Assembly: GCA_043720395.1 (NCBI GenBank) | Contig: JAYSSR010000073.1 | Span: 5,217-69,216 of the forward strand | Direction of reading: 5' to 3' | DNA: 64,000 bases | From: Acidimicrobiia bacterium | GTDB lineage: Bacteria > Actinomycetota > Acidimicrobiia > Acidimicrobiales > JANYDT01 | Shown here: piece by piece, positions 56,780-64,000 of the stretch | Numbering within the stretch: position 1 is the stretch's first letter | Layout: each line of letters starts with the position of its first letter | Program-made: the position numbers and the translations under genes | Notes under the pieces: generated by a model | Seen by the model: only the letters and a program-made list of their open reading frames with translations | Told to the model about the DNA's origin: nothing | Databases searched by the model: none

Positions 56780-58981
56780 CTAAGGCTTCGCCGTCGTCGT
56801 CGACCCGGTCGAGTCCGCCGGTTCCGACGACAGCGTTGGCAGGAGTGCGGCCGATGGTGGCTTCGACGTCTGCGTCGCCGCCACACCCGGCACTTCGGGG
56901 ACGCCCTCGTGGGTCGTATAGAGGGTCACGACCGACCCAAGACGCTGTCGGGTGTTGCGGAGAGGGCGAGTGTGCAACACCGGCCGATCGGCCGGACCGA
57001 TGGTGTTGCCGATCTTGAAGCCGGCCTTGCGAAGCGCGGCGCTTGCATCGGCTGGGAGCAGGTTGATGACGTTGGGGACATTCGCAAATGCCGGTCCCGC
57101 GGAGACGTAGACCTTGAGTGCGGTCCCCTTTGCGACAATTTCGCCCGCAGCAGGCTTCGACTGATAGACGCTGCCCTTCGGTGCGTCGTTGGCCACCCGT
57201 ACGATCTCAGCGGTCAGACCCGGCGGCAGCGCTGCGAGGGCGTCCGCCTCGACCAGACCCGCTAGTCGCGGCACTTCAACCGTCGGAGGACCGGACGACA
57301 CAACCACCGTAATCACACTGCCCGGAGCCGCCCCGTCGAGGGGCGACCAGCGGATCACGTTGCCGACGGGGATCGTTTCGCTGTCCTCCGTGATGGGAGG
57401 CGTACTGATCCGCAAATTGAGCGCACGAAGGGCACCCGAGGCGGCGTCGAAGGACAGCCCCGCCAGATCGGGCACCGGAACCGGCTGAATACCCTTCGAA
57501 GCGACGATTTTGATCGTCCTACGTTCCTTGAGGCGAACTCCGTCAGCCGGTTCCTGGCTGATAATGATTCCGGGTGCGGCCGTGTCGTCGAAGGCCGGCT
57601 CGGCTTCGACCATTATAAAGTGCAACGCTTCCGCGGCGCGCCTAGCATCCGCGACGGTCTGGCCCCGAAGCAGCGGCGTGAGATGGGTCGGCGTGCGCCG
57701 GGACCAGCCGATTCCGGCGGCCACGAAACCGACCATCAGCATCGCGAGCGCTACGAGAGCGAACCGACGCGACGATCGCGGCGCGTCCAACGAAGGACGA
57801 GCCTTGTCCGGCCGTTCCCGGGACCCTCGCTTTAATCGCGTGTTTGAGCCGGTCGGCGAATTCCGCCCATTGGCGGCAACCGGCGTTTCGGAGAGTTCCG
57901 CGACCTCATCGAGTGTGATGTCGAAGACACCACCTCGTTTGGCCCGCTCGTTGGCGAGCGACGTCGCCGTGAGTGCGCTCGCGACCGCAGTCGGCTGTGC
58001 CGTGGCAGCTGATCCTTCGACGTCTGACCCTGCGGAGGTGGCGAGACCAACGTGTCGGGTCGGATCACGGTCCACCAACGGCCGCTTGGCCGCAAGTCGT
58101 GAACCGTCGAGAGGAAGCGACTCTGCGCGCGGCATGGTCCGTGCGAGTTCTTCCAGCAACTTCACGAGACCGGCAGCATCAATTCGGTCCTCGGGACCCA
58201 GCGTGCCGGCGGCCTTGACGGCCGGGCGTAGCGGACCAAGGTCTTCCGGAGCGTCCAAGGATCCCTCAAGCCGCTCAAGCGCCTGGCCGGTCCAGGACTC
58301 GGCGGTGAAGGGCACCGAACCAGTCACCGCCTCCACAAGGACCAGGGCCAGCGAATACACGTCGCTGCGACCGTCGACCAGCACACCCTTGGCACCCCGT
58401 GCCTGCTCCGGGGAGTGATATCGGGGACTTCCCATGGGCGAGTCGCCCTGCATGGTCCGGCTGAAGTCAGCGAGCACCGTCGCCAGCCCGAAGTCGCCGA
58501 CGCGTACGTGCTGATCTTCACCGAACAAAAGGTTCGCTGGCTTGATGTCGCGGTGAACCAGGCCACGAGCGTGCGCGAACTCCAGTCCACGAGCTGCTTC
58601 CAACGCCAGACGAGCAGCTTGCGACGGCGACATTCGGACGCCGCTCTCGAGGAGGTCGAGCAGCGTCCCACCGGCGAGATACTCCGTGACCAGGTACGGC
58701 GGATTGCCCGTCGCGTTCGCACCGTCGTTGACGTCGTAGATCGTGACGATGTTCGGATGGTTCAGCGGGGCAAGCGCCTCGGCCTCACGCCGGAACCGAC
58801 GGACGAACGCTTCATCGTCGGCAAATGAAGCGTGCAGGACCTTGACCGCGACAAGTCGGCCAAGTCGACGATCTGTCGCTCGGTAGACACGGGCCGACGC
58901 ACCGATGCCGACGAGACCTTCAAGCGAATAGCGGCTGTCGAGCACCGTGCCAACCAGATTCTCCGTGAAGACGCTGGCCAT
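56780..58981 (-). CDS. Ser/Thr protein kinase with C-terminal PASTA repeats (PknB-like)
   Basis: GIGASARVYRA..VAVKVL, HRDIKPANL and DFGLA kinase motifs. A TM, then about four PASTA-like repeats. Start set at MASVFTE (58981). Confidence 0.9.
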   Translation of the reverse strand: MASVFTENLVGTVLDSRYSLEGLVGIGASARVYRATDRRLGRLVAVKVLHASFADDEAFVRRFRREAEALAPLNHPNIVTIYDVNDGANATGNPPYLVTEYLAGGTLLDLLESGVRMSPSQAARLALEAARGLEFAHARGLVHRDIKPANLLFGEDQHVRVGDFGLATVLADFSRTMQGDSPMGSPRYHSPEQARGAKGVLVDGRSDVYSLALVLVEAVTGSVPFTAESWTGQALERLEGSLDAPEDLGPLRPAVKAAGTLGPEDRIDAAGLVKLLEELARTMPRAESLPLDGSRLAAKRPLVDRDPTRHVGLATSAGSDVEGSAATAQPTAVASALTATSLANERAKRGGVFDITLDEVAELSETPVAANGRNSPTGSNTRLKRGSRERPDKARPSLDAPRSSRRFALVALAMLMVGFVAAGIGWSRRTPTHLTPLLRGQTVADARRAAEALHFIMVEAEPAFDDTAAPGIIISQEPADGVRLKERRTIKIVASKGIQPVPVPDLAGLSFDAASGALRALNLRISTPPITEDSETIPVGNVIRWSPLDGAAPGSVITVVVSSGPPTVEVPRLAGLVEADALAALPPGLTAEIVRVANDAPKGSVYQSKPAAGEIVAKGTALKVYVSAGPAFANVPNVINLLPADASAALRKAGFKIGNTIGPADRPVLHTRPLRNTRQRLGSVVTLYTTHEGVPEVPGVAATQTSKPPSAALLPTLSSEPADSTGSTTTAKP

Positions 58982-59024
58982 CAATGCGAGGGTAGTAGCG
59001 CGACCCTGCGAAACTGTGGAATTG

Positions 59025-59516
59025 ATGGACGCAACACCTCCCACGATCGACGCTCACCAACCGGATTCGTTGCGACAGCGCATCTTTGCGCTCCGCCCGG
59101 ACGGACGTTCGTCGCTCACCCTGCGCATTGCGATGGCCGCAATCGTGGCGCTTTGCCTGTACGGCATCATCTGGGCATTTGGGGCGGCTCAGACAGGTCC
59201 AGCGGTGAAGCTCCCGGCCCAGATCGAGTCACTGAACCCGGTGCAGGACGCGCAGACCGTGCCTGGGCAGTCGACCGTCACCGTCGATTTTGTGTTCGGC
59301 ATCACCGGCGAGCTGAACATCGACGGCATCGATATCCCGGCCGACGAGAGCGTCTACGAGAAGAGCCAAGCCATGCTCTCTTTCTCGCCAGGAGTCGGGA
59401 GGTCGCTCGAATTGTTACCGGGCGGAGTCCGACGTGCGACCGTGTACTACTGGCCGGTCGGAACGACCCGCGAGACGGCAGGCCGCTCGTTCAGTTGGAC
59501 GTTCACCGTCACCTGA
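59025..59516 (+). CDS. Hypothetical single-pass membrane protein
   Basis: MDATPPT... with one TM (LRIAMAAIVALCLYGIIWAF) and a beta-rich ectodomain. No family recognised. Confidence 0.5.
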   Translation: MDATPPTIDAHQPDSLRQRIFALRPDGRSSLTLRIAMAAIVALCLYGIIWAFGAAQTGPAVKLPAQIESLNPVQDAQTVPGQSTVTVDFVFGITGELNIDGIDIPADESVYEKSQAMLSFSPGVGRSLELLPGGVRRATVYYWPVGTTRETAGRSFSWTFTVT

Positions 59517-59530
59517 GCCACGCTTCCGAC

Positions 59531-60697
59531 GTGACTGCTCCCACAACCGATCCCACGACCGAGTCCCTGTCGGAATCGCTGTCGGAATCGCTGGGTGCCT
59601 TCGAGGCCCGGGCGGTTGCCTGGATCGCGGAGCACCGAGCGGCGGCACCCGTCGATTACGGCGCGATCCTTCCGCCCGACCTCGTGGACCGGGGGATCGC
59701 GTGGCAGCGTCTGCTGTTCGAACACGGCTGGGCGGGGATCGACTGGCCGGTCGAATACGGCGGTCGGAATTTGTCGGTCGACCACCGAGCGGTGTGGGTG
59801 CGGGCTTGCGCAGTCGCCGGCGTGCCGCCGTTCATCAACATGGTCGGCGTCGTCCTCGCTGGCGGATCGACGCTGCTGTTCGGCACCGAGGAGCAGAAGG
59901 CCGAGCATCTTCAGCCGATCATTGCGGCTGACCGCGTGTGGTGTCAGCTGTTCAGTGAGCCGGGCGCGGGATCGGACCTCGCATCGCTTTCCACGAAGGC
60001 GGTTGCCGACGGCGACAGTTTCGTCGTGTCCGGCCAGAAGGTGTGGTGCTCGGGCGGGCGGTACAGCCAGATGGGCATCCTCATGGCCCGTACCGACCCT
60101 GAAGCGCTCAAGCACCGCGGCATCTCGTTCTTCCTCTTCGATATGACGCTGCCCGGCGTCATCGTGCGCCCGCTGCGGCAGATGACCGGCGACGCTGAGT
60201 TCGACGAGGTCTTCTTCGACGAGGTGCGTATCCCGGCGACGGCGCTGCTCGGCCCGCTGCACGGCGGGTGGGGGGTCGGCATGGCGACGCTGACCAACGA
60301 GCGCGGCTCTATCGGCACGGCGTCGATCTCGCTCAATCGCCGCATGGAGTCAATGGTCGCCGGACTTCAGGCGGCGGGATCGTCACTGTCGGCCGTCGAA
60401 CGCGACCGCGTCGCCGACGTCGTGACCCGTGGACGTGCCCTCACGATGCTCGGTGCGCGACAGGGTCCCGTCGCGTCCACCGCCGCATCGCTGCTCAAGC
60501 TCGGAGTGACGGAGTTGCTCTTTGACTCCGCCGCCCTTCGCGCCGACCTCTCCGGCCCCGCAGCAATGCTCGCGGACGACGCCGCGGCACGTGGCCTGCT
60601 TGCCGCACCCGGTGGACGCATCGCTGGCGGCAGCACTCAAATCCAGCGCAACCTGATCGGGGAGCGTCTCCTCGGCCTGCCCGGCGAACCCAAGTAG
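59531..60697 (+). CDS. Acyl-CoA dehydrogenase family protein
   Basis: In-frame GTG at 59531. WCQLFSEPGAGSDLASL, GQKVWCSG and TNERGSIG motifs. Confidence 0.9.
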   Translation: MTAPTTDPTTESLSESLSESLGAFEARAVAWIAEHRAAAPVDYGAILPPDLVDRGIAWQRLLFEHGWAGIDWPVEYGGRNLSVDHRAVWVRACAVAGVPPFINMVGVVLAGGSTLLFGTEEQKAEHLQPIIAADRVWCQLFSEPGAGSDLASLSTKAVADGDSFVVSGQKVWCSGGRYSQMGILMARTDPEALKHRGISFFLFDMTLPGVIVRPLRQMTGDAEFDEVFFDEVRIPATALLGPLHGGWGVGMATLTNERGSIGTASISLNRRMESMVAGLQAAGSSLSAVERDRVADVVTRGRALTMLGARQGPVASTAASLLKLGVTELLFDSAALRADLSGPAAMLADDAAARGLLAAPGGRIAGGSTQIQRNLIGERLLGLPGEPK

Positions 60698-60731
60698 CCC
60701 TCCTTCGCCCGCACGCGCCCAGTCAGTTGTA

Positions 60732-60809
60732 CTTCGCGGTACGTTCTGAGGCTCGCGGTACGTTCCACGTACTCCGAACGTACCGCGAGCGACCGAACGT
60801 ACCGCGAAG
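60732..60809. repeat. 78-bp nested inverted repeat (two direct 14-15-mers followed by their two inverted copies)
   Basis: A cttcgcggtacgttc (60732-46), B ctcgcggtacgttc (60752-65), B' gaacgtaccgcgag (60776-89), A' gaacgtaccgcgaag (60795-809). The dyad is centred on GTAC at 60769-72. Confidence 0.9.
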
Positions 60810-60874
60810 GGTCACCCAGGGTCGGCGGATTTACCATGGTCAAGTGGACCGTCCAATGAGTCGATGTTCAGTTC

Positions 60875-61516
60875 GTGACGTCCCGCGAATTGGCTGGCCT
60901 CGTGCTGTCGCACCATCGCGACGACCAGGTGGAGCGGTGCATCGTCGTGCGCGGACACCACATCTGTCGACGCTGCACGGTGTTCTACCCGATCGCGTTG
61001 CTCGTGATGGGCCTTGTCTTGGCAGGTTTGGTGCCGCCGATCGGTGTCACGGTGGCACTGATGCTGACGCTGCCCATACCGGTCACCGTTGAGTTCCTCG
61101 GGGAGCAGTGCGGTCGCTTGCTCTACAACGCTCGCCGACAGGTCGTGGTCACGGCCCTTGGCGCGCCGGCGCTCGGGTTCGGGTTTGCCCGAGCGCTCAC
61201 AGACCGCACCGACCCGTGGTTCTGGCTGATGGTCGCGCTGTTCGCCGCACCTTGCGTGGCAGTGTCGGTCGTGCAAGCCCAACGCAGACAACGAATCGAC
61301 CGAGCCGCACATATCGCCAACGAGAGCCGACGGCCCGCCATGCAGGAGTTTGAGTCCGCCGAAGAATTTCAGGCATATCTCGACGCGGCCGAGTACGGAT
61401 CACCAAACCGCGAGCGGGAAATGCTCACGGAGGTGCCGGTCACGCGTCAGGAGCTGGCATGCAGCAGCGGACGCATCACCGACGATGAGGCGGTCGAATG
61501 GGTCACGTGTCCATGA
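60875..61516 (+). CDS. DUF2085-like membrane protein
   Basis: GHHICRRCTVFYP motif followed by about 4 TM helices. GTG start. The C-terminal 39 codons overlap vapC on the opposite strand. Confidence 0.6.
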   Translation: MTSRELAGLVLSHHRDDQVERCIVVRGHHICRRCTVFYPIALLVMGLVLAGLVPPIGVTVALMLTLPIPVTVEFLGEQCGRLLYNARRQVVVTALGAPALGFGFARALTDRTDPWFWLMVALFAAPCVAVSVVQAQRRQRIDRAAHIANESRRPAMQEFESAEEFQAYLDAAEYGSPNREREMLTEVPVTRQELACSSGRITDDEAVEWVTCP

Positions 61517-61786
61517 GCACGACTCAGCAGCTGCGACGACCGCGTGGAACGGTTCCTCTGAGCGTTTGAGATTGACTCTCGTGATCATCTCGTTCACGAC
61601 AACGGGACCTGAGGAGCCAAGCCGTCCGATTTCGTGAAGAAACGACAGCTCAAGTTCGACCATCGGCGACACAACAAGGGTTCGATCGTCGATCAGTCTT
61701 CGGGCAGTGCCGCTCAACTTTTCACCCTCGTCATTAAACAGCCAAACCACTACGTGAGTATCAAGCCGGATCTGGTCGCCACTCAT
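61400..61786 (-). CDS. vapC: PIN-domain toxin VapC
   Basis: LDTHVVVWL..., ELSFL, DPFDRLIV and LLTRD acidic/PIN motifs. Confidence 0.85.
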   Translation of the reverse strand: MSGDQIRLDTHVVVWLFNDEGEKLSGTARRLIDDRTLVVSPMVELELSFLHEIGRLGSSGPVVVNEMITRVNLKRSEEPFHAVVAAAESCSWTRDPFDRLIVGDASAAACQLLTRDRHLREHFPLAVW

Positions 61787-61994
61787 GTGACCAATCCATC
61801 TCTACGAAGTCATCGGAGTCGCCAATTACGAACCCTGGATGCGGTACGAGCCGATCGAAGATACTCCTGCGTTCAACCGGAACGATTTTTAGCTGACGTC
61901 CATTGCGTTCGACGATGACGGGGTCACCAGACTCGAGCACACGATCGAGGATGTTGTAGACGTCGCTTCGGAGGGCTGACGCAGTAATTGCCAT
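61761..61994 (-). CDS. vapB: Phd/YefM-type antitoxin (VapB role)
   Basis: MAITASALRSDVYNILDRVLESGDPVIVERNGRQ is the YefM-like N-terminus. An alternative GTG start lies at 62009. Confidence 0.8.
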   Translation of the reverse strand: MAITASALRSDVYNILDRVLESGDPVIVERNGRQLKIVPVERRSIFDRLVPHPGFVIGDSDDFVEMDWSHEWRPDPA

Positions 61995-62086
61995 GTCCGA
62001 TAGTAACACGTACGTGGTGTCTTACACCCTACGTACGGTTAACTGAAGGTTGCAGTGTTTCATCACCGACTGACGGTGGTCAACCA

Positions 62087-64000
<1,914 letters not shown>

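Overview
High-GC (spot counts about 60-70%) bacterial chromosome segment with Actinomycetota-type gene order; an Acidimicrobiia-like origin is a guess from synteny and protein signatures only. Bases 1-11.8 kb carry the conserved minus-strand block argS-lysA-hom-thrC-rho-rpmE-prfA plus a divergent tRNA-Arg(CCG). thrB is missing from this block, and a NERD gene and one hypothetical gene are inserted. Bases 11.9-29.4 kb hold two paralogous lipoproteins, a HisD-family gene, a pseudouridine synthase, a beta-helix lipoprotein pair, a TadG/TadE/TadE pseudopilin module, an orphan FrhB-family protein, an MprAB/PepD-like stress module, a family-5 UDG and the uncharacterised actinobacterial triad of phosphomutase, DUF3090 and SCO1664-family protein. 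Bases 29.4-42.5 kb hold ilvD, a four-gene conservon (cvnABCD-like), a GGDEF-EAL protein, small membrane proteins, a rhomboid protease and gatCAB. Bases 42.5-62.1 kb look like an insertion into the usual ligA/gatCAB neighbourhood. It contains a partly decayed toxin-antitoxin island (hipA and AAA-ATPase fragments, mazEF-like, parDE, phd-doc, a broken methyltransferase), then epoxide hydrolase, ferredoxin, SCP2 and a Tad/Cpa core (LuxR, cpaB, cpaE, cpaF, VWA-tadB fusion, tadC). After that come a PASTA kinase, an acyl-CoA dehydrogenase, a 78-bp nested palindrome, a DUF2085 protein and vapBC. No rRNA, CRISPR array or intact transposase was found, and I cannot point to one clearly novel multi-gene system. 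The most notable items are the split, pilin-less Tad system with a VWA-TadB fusion, the nested palindrome, the Q/G-repeat insertion in Rho and the uncharacterised triad. All family assignments come from reading the translations by eye, with no database search.
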